A stretch of DNA of 32,000 nt from Xylella taiwanensis (GCF_013177435.1 NZ_CP053627.1:2160001-2192000); one strand, 5' to 3'; counted from the first letter of the stretch, positions 9,637 through 19,270 are shown. Made by a program: numbers and translations. The notes: generated from the sequence alone by a model not told the origin.

Positions 9637-10058
9637 TCGGCACGATGACCTCAACACCATGGTCAGCCCAGCAGCTATCCTGGTTGCAAGCGATGGGTTA
9701 TACCGTCTATCTGGATCGTAAAACGTTTCCCAAGCCAGCGAGCACGGACAAAACGCCATGCACCATGCCTGAAAACGGCTCAATGCATGAACGACAAGAC
9801 ACTACGCATCCGCTGGAAACATTGACTATGGCACACAGTAGGACAGACGCCATACCTGTACCACAACGCCGGGGGCATATCGGTATACCCGACAGACTCC
9901 AAATCGCACTGCTACGCGCCTGTACCGGCAACCCATCAGATCCACAGGTACAACAAATAATGGCAACCTGGCCGCTGGCACAGCTACGCGCCGACCCGGA
10001 TGCTAAGCGCGCACTGTGGCCGCAACTGCGCGCCATACGCCGTCGGGCAAGCAAGTAA
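9633..10058 (+). CDS. holD: Putative divergent DNA polymerase III psi subunit (HolD-like)
   Basis: It sits directly upstream of rimI, as holD-rimI does in E. coli. The N-terminal W..QQLSWLQAMGYTVY and C-terminal ALLRACTGNPSDPQV...LAQLRADPDAKRALWPQL resemble E. coli HolD segments (from memory). Its ATG overlaps the pssA stop (ATGA, 9633-9636), and its TAA abuts the rimI ATG. An alternative start, MTSTPW, lies at 9645. Confidence 0.55.
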   Translation: MIGTMTSTPWSAQQLSWLQAMGYTVYLDRKTFPKPASTDKTPCTMPENGSMHERQDTTHPLETLTMAHSRTDAIPVPQRRGHIGIPDRLQIALLRACTGNPSDPQVQQIMATWPLAQLRADPDAKRALWPQLRAIRRRASK

Positions 10059-10529
10059 ATGAACACGCTAAAGACCTCACCATTACCGGTACGGTTCTGC
10101 ACACTGCGCGAATCGAACTTGGACAAAGTGATGGACATCGAACACCGTGTCTACCGATTCCCATGGACACGCACCATCTTTTGCAACTGCCTGCAATCCG
10201 GGTATCTTTCTCTACTGATGAAGCAAGGCCGCAACATGGTCGGGTACGGCATAGTAAGCATCACTGGAAAAGAGGCACACCTACTCAACGTCTGTATCGC
10301 TCCGGAACAACAATCACACGGCCTCGGGCGCACCCTGCTACGCACATTAGTGAAACTATCACGCAACCGCGGTGCACAACGCATGTTTCTCGAAGTGCGC
10401 CCGTCTAACACCGCAGCAATTGCGCTATACCACTCCGAAGGGTTCAATGAGATTGACCGCCATCCACACTACTACCCCGCACACAACGGACACGAAGACG
10501 CTTTAGTCATGGGCATGGAATTCCCATGA
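10059..10529 (+). CDS. rimI: Ribosomal-protein-alanine N-acetyltransferase (GNAT)
   Basis: 156 aa. The GNAT acetyl-CoA motif is QSHGLGRTLL, followed by LEVRPSNTAAIALYHSEGFNEI..RHPHYYP, which is typical of RimI. Confidence 0.9.
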   Translation: MNTLKTSPLPVRFCTLRESNLDKVMDIEHRVYRFPWTRTIFCNCLQSGYLSLLMKQGRNMVGYGIVSITGKEAHLLNVCIAPEQQSHGLGRTLLRTLVKLSRNRGAQRMFLEVRPSNTAAIALYHSEGFNEIDRHPHYYPAHNGHEDALVMGMEFP

Positions 10530-11200
10530 ATCGCATCACGTCGAATTTCTGAAAGCCACATTCATTGCAACGCTGTGTTTAATGCCGCACTGGAGAGGAT
10601 CTAATCCCGATGACAGCTTCCCACCTTAGGCTCCACCACCCCAAGTGAGACTACCGGGATGCTCTGCGTCGAAAAGGCACAAAAACTCGCGCCTGCTATC
10701 CGATAGAACTCCAAATGACCACCACTGGCTAACCGAATACCAAACGCACGGGCGAACAGCAAATACCGATATCCCGAGATACGGGACAGCCATCATTGCA
10801 TACATTCACCAGGGATCCGCGTCTAACCCCAATATTGCAATAACACTCATATTGCCATGCAAATATCCAGCCTGCGCACATGCTTCTACAACCAACGTTC
10901 AAGGTCCACTGCAAGCAGGCAGGTTTAAAGCAACAACTAGGACCACATACTACGACATGCATGTCCCGCCACTGTGCGAAAAAAATAATACGGTGAGAAA
11001 CCCTGCATAGACCATCTCCACGCCAGTTGCACAACGTGCAGCACTAGGCACCAGCAATCATACTTAAGCAGTCATCAACTGGTTCATTTTCAACACATTG
11101 CACTACCCCACCTACATCACCATCACTGAAATGAACGCAAGCCTGCTATGTAGCATTGAATATTCCGCTCAAAATTCCCTAAACACCGCGAACACCATCA

Positions 11201-11270
11201 GACACCATCAGACACCATCAGACACCATCAGACACCATCAGACACCATCAGACACCATCAGACACCATCA
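11201..11270. repeat. Tandem 10-bp repeat (GACACCATCA): 6 perfect copies plus 1 imperfect leading copy (AACACCATCA)
   Basis: Read directly from the sequence. 11201-11210 is aacaccatca, followed by gacaccatca six times through 11270. It lies in a region with no convincing ORF. Confidence 0.97.
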
Positions 11271-11751
11271 TGCAAACACCGAAAGACCCTAGCCACATTA
11301 ATGGTTATTGAGTGACTGCTCGATTCAGCGCAACGGCCTGTCATTCAAAATAATCCGATTCATATCGCATCACATAACCTGTCAGGCCAAATGGTTGCTA
11401 TTTCCATTGCTACCGCACTATCAAACTAAATACGAATAAGCACAGCACAACTCAGCCTGCAAAACAGTACTAAGGACAAAACGTGCGGCACACTTCAACC
11501 TGTGTTATCCGCAATAAACACATGGAACTACGCGGCACTGACACTCCAAACCACCCAAGATGACACACATAAAATGTTCGAGAATCCTGTCAAATGAACT
11601 GTTCGACAGATGTAACAGCCATCGGAACTCAAGCATTACGTCTCCTATCGCTTGCCCAGAAAAAGTCTACACCGCATCGTTCTTCCTATGTCTCAAACAA
11701 AAATGGGACTCAGAGATCATGATCAGGACGCCCTATTAATCTCGCCGTCTC

Positions 11752-12150
11752 TCAAGCAATCACCCAACTCGACCGATGCTGACAGGTCGCACTCCCTGTA
11801 CGGGTACTGTCGTTGGCCACAACGACCACATAGACGGCACCTGTAGCCTTGTCGTCATCGGCACAGCACAGCCCCCCCCCTCCGCTGGCCAGCATAGACG
11901 TTCCGATCGATACACGGATGGGAAACCAAGCCAGTACCCTCTGCCATCCATTCTTGGCTGCAATCTTCGTGTCGGCACTCCTCAATTCACCTACGACATA
12001 CATCTGCGACCACCACCCGGACAGCATCCCTATCATTACGTTGTTACTACCAAATAGAATCGTGACTTCGGCCAATGGGATTGGATGGCTACACACCACA
12101 TACGATCCCTCAATGGTAAAAGCGACTGCATTGGATATGAGATAGGCCAT
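11752..12150 (-). CDS. Hypothetical protein (doubtful; may be a spurious or decayed ORF)
   Basis: 132-aa ORF with an ATG start but no clear SD. I recognised no family. The V/G/S/W-rich composition is what the G/T-rich minus strand of non-coding DNA would produce here. It contains a G9 (plus-strand C9) tract. Confidence 0.2.
   Translation of the reverse strand: MAYLISNAVAFTIEGSYVVCSHPIPLAEVTILFGSNNVMIGMLSGWWSQMYVVGELRSADTKIAAKNGWQRVLAWFPIRVSIGTSMLASGGGGLCCADDDKATGAVYVVVVANDSTRTGSATCQHRSSWVIA
11872..11880. repeat. Homopolymeric C9 tract (G9 on the minus strand)
   Basis: Read directly from the sequence: g ccccccccc tcc at 11871-11883. It falls inside ORF 11752..12150, where it encodes ..SGGGGL... 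Confidence 0.95.
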
Positions 12151-13127
12151 TTTTCAGCGTCATTTCCACAGGACTAAACCGATCTCAGACACACCCATAC
12201 CTGGTCTCCAGCACGTTGCCTTGTACCAGCCACGACTTCACGGACAGGAACAACCTGTACAGACATATGGCGTGCTTTAACGAACTCAGCTTGCACACCT
12301 TGAGATACCCAAACTAGCGCTCAGTCATTCCCGAATGCGCCTCGGCCTAAGCCAAAATACTAGTCTTGATGCATCCTGGTGAATCGAAAGTCATCAGGGC
12401 ACCCTGATCTTGCCCCGCTTGTTACGTTTTCCAGTTGATATCGCAATACTACAAATATAGAACCAGCATTGACATCGAATCGCTCATCATTCCCGTGATG
12501 AGCCAATACCACTCCACACTTGAATTTCCTGAGCATGCTGCAGATTCCCTGCCTCGACCACGTCGGCGTTTGTACAAAACAGAATATGTAACCGTCCGGA
12601 GCAAGCGCCCACACCGGCAGGCACTTTCATGCCGAAAGACCACGACTGCACTTTTATTCCGTGGTATATCTAAAAATCACCCTGTCTGCTGGCATTATTC
12701 TCCTCACTCAGCACAGCGATCAGTGTGATATCGACCACCACACCACACGTATGAACAGGCAACTCGCCGCAGCCGACATCAACTTGAACCACTGCCATAC
12801 ACAATGGATGCACAGCATCTTCCATGATGTGCATGGCAGATAACACTACGTCATCCTCAAACAGAAACACCACCAGAGCGGGCACAGTGCCAAGCGCATC
12901 CTCGGATTGAAAAACTCGCGCTAAAGTGTGCACTTTACAACGCTCTCCCCCACCCAATTACTTCATGGCCAAAATCGTCTCGGTATTTCAAAATCCCGCA
13001 AAATACAAGGGGCAGCAATTTATTGAAATGTTATTTAGCCATACAGTAAATCAGGCCCTCCCCTAGAACCTAGGCATCAATCCAACATAGCGTGCTCGTA
13101 ACTTCAACCGTTTGGTTGCATTGCCGA

Positions 13128-15305
13128 TCAAGCAGGTGCAAGCAATTCAAACTGCATCGCCTCGCCGCTTTGCGCGTTTGCACACACCCATAGATCGAAG
13201 CAACCAGGCTCAGTACCATACACACCTTGCGGATTGGTAAAAGCCAACGCATGGCGGTCCAAAGTAAAACACACCTCCACACTTTCCCCTGGTGCGATGT
13301 AGACCTTACGAAAAGCCTTCAGCTCACGTATCGGTCGCACGCGACTGGCAACACGATCATGCACGTACAACTGCACCACCTCCTCACCAGCAACCATGCC
13401 AGTGTTAGTGACACAGGTAGTCACCAGCAACGTCTGATCCCATGCCAGACACACCGTACTTAATCGCGGCGCAGAATAGGCGAAACAGGTATAGCTCAAC
13501 CCATGACCGAACGCATACAGCGGCGCATTCGGAACCTCACGCCAGCGCGCCTTGAACTCAGACATGGTCGGCAACTCAGGGCGGCCAGTACGTGGATGAT
13601 TATAAAAATACGGCTGCTGTCCCGTCATATAAGGGAAACTCACCGGCAAGCGCCCAGACGGGTTGTAGTCCCCAAACAGCACGTCAGCCACAGCCGTGCC
13701 CGTCTGCGTCCCAAGAAACCAAGTGACCAGGATTGCCTGCGCGTCACGCACCGCTCCCCTGAGCGCCAGCGCGCGACCGTTACGTAACAACACCACAATT
13801 GGCTTACCCGTCGCAGCCACTGCCTCAGCCAGTGCCTGCTGCACCGCAGGCAACACGATGTCGGTACGCGACTGCGCTTCACCGCTGTAACGCTGCGGCT
13901 CACCCAACGCCAGCACCACCACGTCCGCCGCTTGTGCGGCCTGCACCGCATCGGAGATACCACCAGAAATCGGTTCCTCCATAGTGCAACCTGGGACCAC
14001 CGTAAGCATCTGCGTGTCGACCACTGCACGCACGCCCTGCTCCAAACTCACATAACGGTGCCTATCACCGAACAGAGTCCAGCATCCCTCAATGTTGTCA
14101 CGATCCCGCACAAACGGACCAATCAGCGCGATACGTTGCCCTTGCTTGCACAACGGCAATAACGGCCCCTCGTTTTTCAGTAATACGATAGAACGCCGGG
14201 CCGCATCACGCGACAGCGCATCATGCACCGGAATGTACGAGACATCGGCTTCGCGCACTGGATCCAAAGACCGGTACGGGTTGTCGAACAAACCAATGAC
14301 TTCCTTGATCTGCAACATACGCCGCACACTCGCATCAAGCATCGCCATCGGCACCTCGCCACTCGCCACTAACGCAGGCAAATGCTCGGCATAAAAACCG
14401 CTCTGCATACTCAAATCCATCCCAGCCAGGAACGCTTTCTTAGTCGCGTCACGTGCATCAGCAGCATAGCCATGTGCGATCAACTCCATATCAGCGGTGT
14501 AATCGGAAATCACCAGACCAGGGAAACACCATTCACCACGCAGAATATCGGTGAGCAGCTCGCGATTTGCGCTGGCCGGTACCCCATTGATGTCGTTGAA
14601 TGCCGTCATCACCGTCAATGCACCGCCAGCAAACGCCGCTTGAAACGGTGGTAAATGCACATCCCGCAGCGTCTGCAACGCAATCTCCACATTCCCATAA
14701 TCCATCCCAGCAGCCACCGCACCGTAAGCAGCAAAGTGCTTTGGTGTGGCCATCAATGCATCGGGCGCCTTCAAGTCAGGACCCTGAAAACCACGCACAC
14801 GGGCTGCTGCAAACGCACAACCCAGCACTGTATCCTCACCCGCCCCCTCAGCAACACGGCCCCAGCGCTGGTCGCGAGCAATATCCACTGCCGGCGCGTA
14901 AGTCCAATGAATACCCGTCGCCGTGGCCTCAATTGCAGTCGCCCGCGCGGTACGTTCGGCGAGCTCGGGCTCGAAGGTGGCCGCTTCACCCAACGGAATC
15001 GGGAACACAGTACGCATCCCATGAATCACATCCGCAGCCAAAATCACCGGAATTCCGAGGCGACTCTCCTCTACCGCAACCTGTTGAATCCTAAGACCCA
15101 GTTCAACCCCAACGCCATTGAACAACGAGCCAACCCGGCCCGCACGCACCTGAGCCAACAGCTCTTCAGCGTTACGCACATTGGCCTCAGGATTCACATC
15201 CGGCGCGAATGGCCGCACCATGTCAGCAAAAACACCTAACTGACCCACTTTTTCCTCTACGGTCATACAGGCAAGCAGGGATTCGATGCGATCGGAAGCA
15301 ATCAT
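13128..15305 (-). CDS. bglX: Glycoside hydrolase family 3 beta-glucosidase (BglX-like), apparently without a signal peptide
   Basis: 725 aa. The N-terminus is MTVEEKVGQL, and GH3 motifs include GFxGxVISDY (FPGLVISDYTA) and a C-terminal FGHGLSYT. AGGA lies 5 nt upstream of the ATG at 15305. Confidence 0.92.
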   Translation of the reverse strand: MIASDRIESLLACMTVEEKVGQLGVFADMVRPFAPDVNPEANVRNAEELLAQVRAGRVGSLFNGVGVELGLRIQQVAVEESRLGIPVILAADVIHGMRTVFPIPLGEAATFEPELAERTARATAIEATATGIHWTYAPAVDIARDQRWGRVAEGAGEDTVLGCAFAAARVRGFQGPDLKAPDALMATPKHFAAYGAVAAGMDYGNVEIALQTLRDVHLPPFQAAFAGGALTVMTAFNDINGVPASANRELLTDILRGEWCFPGLVISDYTADMELIAHGYAADARDATKKAFLAGMDLSMQSGFYAEHLPALVASGEVPMAMLDASVRRMLQIKEVIGLFDNPYRSLDPVREADVSYIPVHDALSRDAARRSIVLLKNEGPLLPLCKQGQRIALIGPFVRDRDNIEGCWTLFGDRHRYVSLEQGVRAVVDTQMLTVVPGCTMEEPISGGISDAVQAAQAADVVVLALGEPQRYSGEAQSRTDIVLPAVQQALAEAVAATGKPIVVLLRNGRALALRGAVRDAQAILVTWFLGTQTGTAVADVLFGDYNPSGRLPVSFPYMTGQQPYFYNHPRTGRPELPTMSEFKARWREVPNAPLYAFGHGLSYTCFAYSAPRLSTVCLAWDQTLLVTTCVTNTGMVAGEEVVQLYVHDRVASRVRPIRELKAFRKVYIAPGESVEVCFTLDRHALAFTNPQGVYGTEPGCFDLWVCANAQSGEAMQFELLAPA

Positions 15306-15862
15306 GAAGTCCTTGATAAAACGTTTATTTAGCCGTGGAATTTAGTCATCGGGGCCACTTGACACGTGTACCTGAAAACACACTGCCTGCCACAGACATA
15401 GAAAAAAGTGCTCATCTACATACTTATAACCAACCACACCGCAGAAAAATCATGAAGATCAACTGCCTACACACAGTGCTCCAACAAGATGATAAGACCA
15501 ACACACGACACACCGTCGATGACCCACACAATGAATAGAGCTTCCTAGATAACAATGTAATGTGCATTACACACATCACTAACAAAGATAAACAGATCAA
15601 ACACCTGTATGTCTCGCTGCACTCTGGGCTCGGCAAGGATCGCCTTGCTGAATATCGATAAGTAAGAAAATTAAATCGGGCGGACATGTATGCCGATCAC
15701 ATCCCAACGTCAGGTCATCCCTGGATTGGACAGGGAGACTTCGACACACCGTTGCACTACATCGGCGCGTTATAGATCACGATCATCGAGCCGCTCTGTC
15801 ATCCATCGTGACATGCTCCTTACTGCATGTCGTGCACATACAAACGAACGCAACAGCAGGCG

Positions 15863-17158
15863 TCAAACCTCAGACTCCACTAACACAGAGGATATAACAC
15901 TGCCACGTTGAGCAGTTTCCAGCAGCATCGTGTCGCTGGAACTCTGAAAAACCCTCAATCCAAAGTGCGGCAACAACGCCAACAGATGATCAAATATGTC
16001 CGACTGAATTTGCTCGTACGCCGCCCAACCCGTGTCGTTTGCAAAACAGTAGATCTCCAAAGGCAATCCAAGGGCAGTGGGCTGCAATTGCCGTACCAAC
16101 AGCGTCATGTCCTGATGCACATGCGGACTAGCACGCAAGTAATGCTCCACATAGGCGCGAAATGTCCCGAGGTTGGTAATACGACGCGCATTGACTGCAG
16201 GCACACCCTGGCGTGACAGCGCTATGTTCCACTCAGCCAAAGTGACGCACTTCGCATCAATGTAATCACGCAATACGTTGAACTCGCGCATCCGTGCAAT
16301 CTCTGGCTCGTTAAGAAAGCGCACACTGTGCTGATCCAACAACAACGAGCGCTTGATGCGGCGCCCACCACTCTCCTCCATTCCACGCCAGTTCTTGAAC
16401 GAATCGCTGATCAATCGCTTGATCGGAATCGCACTGATGGTCTTGTCCCAGTTCTGGATTTTGACCGTATGCAAGGCAATATCGACCACAGTCCCATCGG
16501 TGCCCTGCTGCGGCATTTCGATCCAATCGCCCACCCGCACCATATCGTTGGAATTAATCGTCACACTGGCGACCAACGACAACAGAGTGTCCTGAAATAC
16601 CAAAATCAGCACGGCCATCATCGCACCCAGACCAGAAAGAAGGATCAACGGTGACTTGTCAACCAATACTGAAATCATCAGCACGGCTGTAAACAGACCA
16701 AGTACAATTTTCAGCAACTGTACATAACCCTTGATCGGCTTGTGCTGCGCATCGGGACCGCGCTCATACACTTGATTCGCCAAATCCAGCAGGCGAGCCA
16801 GTGCCAGTGCCACGGTCAAAACAATAAAGGCCGTACAAATGTTACGCACCACTGCAACCGCCACCTGTGGCACATCCGGCACCGCAGCCACACCCAGAGC
16901 CAGCACCAACGCCGGGACCACATTAGCCAAGCGCGGGATGACACCCAAACGCATGCCGTAACCACCCTCCTCACCAGCAAGCACACTACTGCGCAGCACA
17001 CGCCGCAGGCCACGCAGCAAGACCCGCTTCGTCACCCAATTAGCAAACCAAGCAGCCAGCAACAATATGATTGTCACCAATACACGGTAGATCCAGGGAT
17101 ACGGTGCCAAAGCATCCTGCAAATGGACCCAGGCAACAGTAATGGTGGCATTGAACAT
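15863..17158 (-). CDS. Mechanosensitive ion channel family protein (MscS family, YbdG-like)
   Basis: Part of the 15863..17164 ORF. I chose the ATG at 17158, which has GGAG 5 nt upstream. It has multiple N-terminal TM helices and the MscS beta-domain signature (VRVGDWIEMPQQGTDGTVVDIALHTVKIQNWDKT). Confidence 0.9.
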   Translation of the reverse strand: MFNATITVAWVHLQDALAPYPWIYRVLVTIILLLAAWFANWVTKRVLLRGLRRVLRSSVLAGEEGGYGMRLGVIPRLANVVPALVLALGVAAVPDVPQVAVAVVRNICTAFIVLTVALALARLLDLANQVYERGPDAQHKPIKGYVQLLKIVLGLFTAVLMISVLVDKSPLILLSGLGAMMAVLILVFQDTLLSLVASVTINSNDMVRVGDWIEMPQQGTDGTVVDIALHTVKIQNWDKTISAIPIKRLISDSFKNWRGMEESGGRRIKRSLLLDQHSVRFLNEPEIARMREFNVLRDYIDAKCVTLAEWNIALSRQGVPAVNARRITNLGTFRAYVEHYLRASPHVHQDMTLLVRQLQPTALGLPLEIYCFANDTGWAAYEQIQSDIFDHLLALLPHFGLRVFQSSSDTMLLETAQRGSVISSVLVESEV

Positions 17159-17391
17159 CGTCACTCCAAAATCACAGCATCATCAATGTACAGCATGGCC
17201 CACCCGTGCATCCCGGCTTTTGAAGTGAGCCAAGACACGAAAACCCTCAATGGCGGCATCCACTTGTCTTACCACCACACACTATCCAGACTGGGGCACG
17301 CCTGCGAAGACGAGGATATCGCCTCTCATATTTCACGACGGACCACTGCACTGGATTGCAGCAACGTCAGCATCCAAGATGCTCACCACAC

Positions 17392-17754
17392 TTAAGCGGC
17401 CTTGGTACGGTGGCGCTCAATGATCACGCCCACTGCCTGCGCACCATGCACCGCGCCCGGTTTGCTCAGTTTCAGACGCAGCCACTGCATGTCGAATTCA
17501 GTAAGCAATACCGCGGCACAATGCTCGGCCAACGTCTCGACCAAACCGTAGTCAGACTGCTGCACCACTTCGATCAAACGCTTGCTGATCGCCTTATAGT
17601 CTAATGCGTCAACGATATCGTCGCTGGCTGCCGGAGGGCGATTGTCGAACCCCATTTCAAGATCAAAACACAGCATCTGACGAACCCGCCGCTCCCAGTC
17701 GTAAATACCGATCAATGCGTCGACCTCGAGACCTTCGATAAACACTTTGTCCAT
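17392..17754 (-). CDS. folB: Dihydroneopterin aldolase
   Basis: The start is the ATG at 17754 (MDKVFIEGLEVDALIGIYDWER...), the canonical FolB N-terminus, giving about 120 aa. The upstream extension of the 17835 ORF would overlap tsaD. Confidence 0.9.
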   Translation of the reverse strand: MDKVFIEGLEVDALIGIYDWERRVRQMLCFDLEMGFDNRPPAASDDIVDALDYKAISKRLIEVVQQSDYGLVETLAEHCAAVLLTEFDMQWLRLKLSKPGAVHGAQAVGVIIERHRTKAA

Positions 17755-17827
17755 AGGAAGTTTTGTTAGGAAAAATAAAACACTCAGAGTGCAGAAAACG
17801 GTTTCACGCGGACACCGCAAGATGGAA

Positions 17828-18883
17828 TTACGCACTCATCGGCGGCACAACGACAGATGTCAATGGCGGCAATGTCGCCATATCCCAACGCGGCGTTACA
17901 CGCACAGCAGCATCGCTCTGCTGACCTGCTTGCAAACGCAACGCCCCAGCAAAAGCAATCATCGCACCATTGTCAGTACACAATGCTGGACGCGGGAAAC
18001 AAGCACGCCCGCCGCGCTGTAGGCACATTGCTTGTAATCGTGCACGCAGGCGCTTGTTGGCACCAACCCCCCCAGCCACCACCAGCGTCTGGCAAGCAAC
18101 CGTATCCAAGGCACGCTCGCACTTGATCGCCAAGGTATCCACCACCGCATCCTCAAAACCACGTGCGACGTCAACACGGGTTGCTTCGGACTGATCACTG
18201 TTGCGCCAAGCCAGCAATACCTGAGTCTTTAATCCGGAAAAGCTAAAATCCAACCCTGGACGATCAACCATTGGACGAGCGAAACAGAATCGACCAGGAA
18301 TCCCCTGTTCGGCCAACGCAGCCAACTGCGGCCCTCCCGGGTACGACAGGCCCATTAGCTTGGCAACCTTGTCAAAAGCCTCGCCAGCAGCATCGTCCAG
18401 CGTTTCACCAAGCAACCGGTAATGGCCGATCGCCTCGACTGCAACCAACTGGGTATGCCCCCCAGAGACCAGCAGCGCTAAAAACGGCACCTCAGGGGGA
18501 TCATCCTCCATCAACGGTGACAACAGATGGCCTTCCATGTGATGCACCCCAATCGCCGGCACCTCAAGTGCCCAAGCCAACGCACGCGCTACCCCAGCAC
18601 CCACCAGCAGCGCACCGACGAGACCAGGCCCGGCCGTGTAGGCCACTCCATCCAAGTCCTCAACCGAAAGCCTGGCCTCAGCCAGCGTCTGGCGCAGCAA
18701 CGGCAGCAACTTGCGCACATGATCACGGCTTGCCAATTCCGGGACCACACCACCGTACTCAGCATGCAAAGCAACCTGGCTATACACATGATGAGCACGC
18801 AAGGCAGCAGCACCACTTAACGCCGTGTCATACACTGCAACGCCAGTCTCGTCGCAGGACGATTCAATACCGAGGATTTTCAC
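17828..18883 (-). CDS. tsaD: tRNA N6-adenosine threonylcarbamoyltransferase
   Basis: (GTG)[18 protein letters not shown]..., with HHMEGH and GGVGAN motifs. It is divergent from rpsU, as in E. coli. Confidence 0.95.
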   Translation of the reverse strand: MKILGIESSCDETGVAVYDTALSGAAALRAHHVYSQVALHAEYGGVVPELASRDHVRKLLPLLRQTLAEARLSVEDLDGVAYTAGPGLVGALLVGAGVARALAWALEVPAIGVHHMEGHLLSPLMEDDPPEVPFLALLVSGGHTQLVAVEAIGHYRLLGETLDDAAGEAFDKVAKLMGLSYPGGPQLAALAEQGIPGRFCFARPMVDRPGLDFSFSGLKTQVLLAWRNSDQSEATRVDVARGFEDAVVDTLAIKCERALDTVACQTLVVAGGVGANKRLRARLQAMCLQRGGRACFPRPALCTDNGAMIAFAGALRLQAGQQSDAAVRVTPRWDMATLPPLTSVVVPPMSA

Positions 18884-18936
18884 ACATAACCTGTTATTTT
18901 CGCTTGCATCGGCCTACACGCCAATTCGCATAAGGC

Positions 18937-18964
18937 TTGCACACGCATTCTAAGCCTTTATAAT
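18937..18964 (+). promoter_or_regulatory. Sigma-70-type promoter upstream of rpsU: -35 TTGCAC, 16-nt spacer, -10 TATAAT
   Basis: TTGCAC at 18937-18942 and TATAAT at 18959-18964, about 90 nt upstream of the rpsU ATG. Confidence 0.5.
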
Positions 18965-19054
18965 GCCCTGTTTTCTGGGGCCGCAGATCCACGTTTGTGC
19001 GAGCCTGCTCGCAAAACCCACGCCCCTAGCCGTCAGTCCATCTATGGAGAATGC

Positions 19055-19270
19055 ATGCCAAGCGTTAAAGTCCGCGAAAACGAGCCTTTCGAATTTGCGC
19101 TGCGTCGTTTTAAGCGCACTTGCGAGAAAGCGGGCATCTTAGCCGAGACCCGAAAGCGCGAGTTCTACGAAAAGCCAACCCAAGAACGTAAGCGGAAGGC
19201 TGCTGCTGCTGTGAAGCGCCAGATGCGCCGTACCTCGCGGGACGTCACCAAGCGCAAACGCCTGTACTGA
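19055..19270 (+). CDS. rpsU: 30S ribosomal protein S21
   Basis: [42 protein letters not shown]...KRKRLY (71 aa). A GGAGA RBS lies at 19046-19050. Confidence 0.97.
   Translation: MPSVKVRENEPFEFALRRFKRTCEKAGILAETRKREFYEKPTQERKRKAAAAVKRQMRRTSRDVTKRKRLY

Noticed and set aside
11201-11270. Whether the tandem repeat is a CRISPR array.
   Set aside because: The units are 10 bp and directly abutting with no spacers, and there are no cas genes in the window.
11098-11292. 64-aa plus-strand ORF that reads through the 10-bp tandem array, giving a TIRHHQTPSD repeat peptide.
   Set aside because: It has a TTG start, no SD before either the TTG or the internal ATG, and the frame stays open only because the repeat unit happens to lack stop codons in the plus orientation.
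12360-12957. Two adjacent minus-strand ORFs (12670..12957 and 12360..12614), considered as a small two-gene module such as a toxin-antitoxin pair.
   Set aside because: Both start at non-ATG codons directly after in-frame stops, lack an SD and match no family I recognise. They are better explained as fragments within decayed sequence and are covered under the 10.5-13.1 kb finding.
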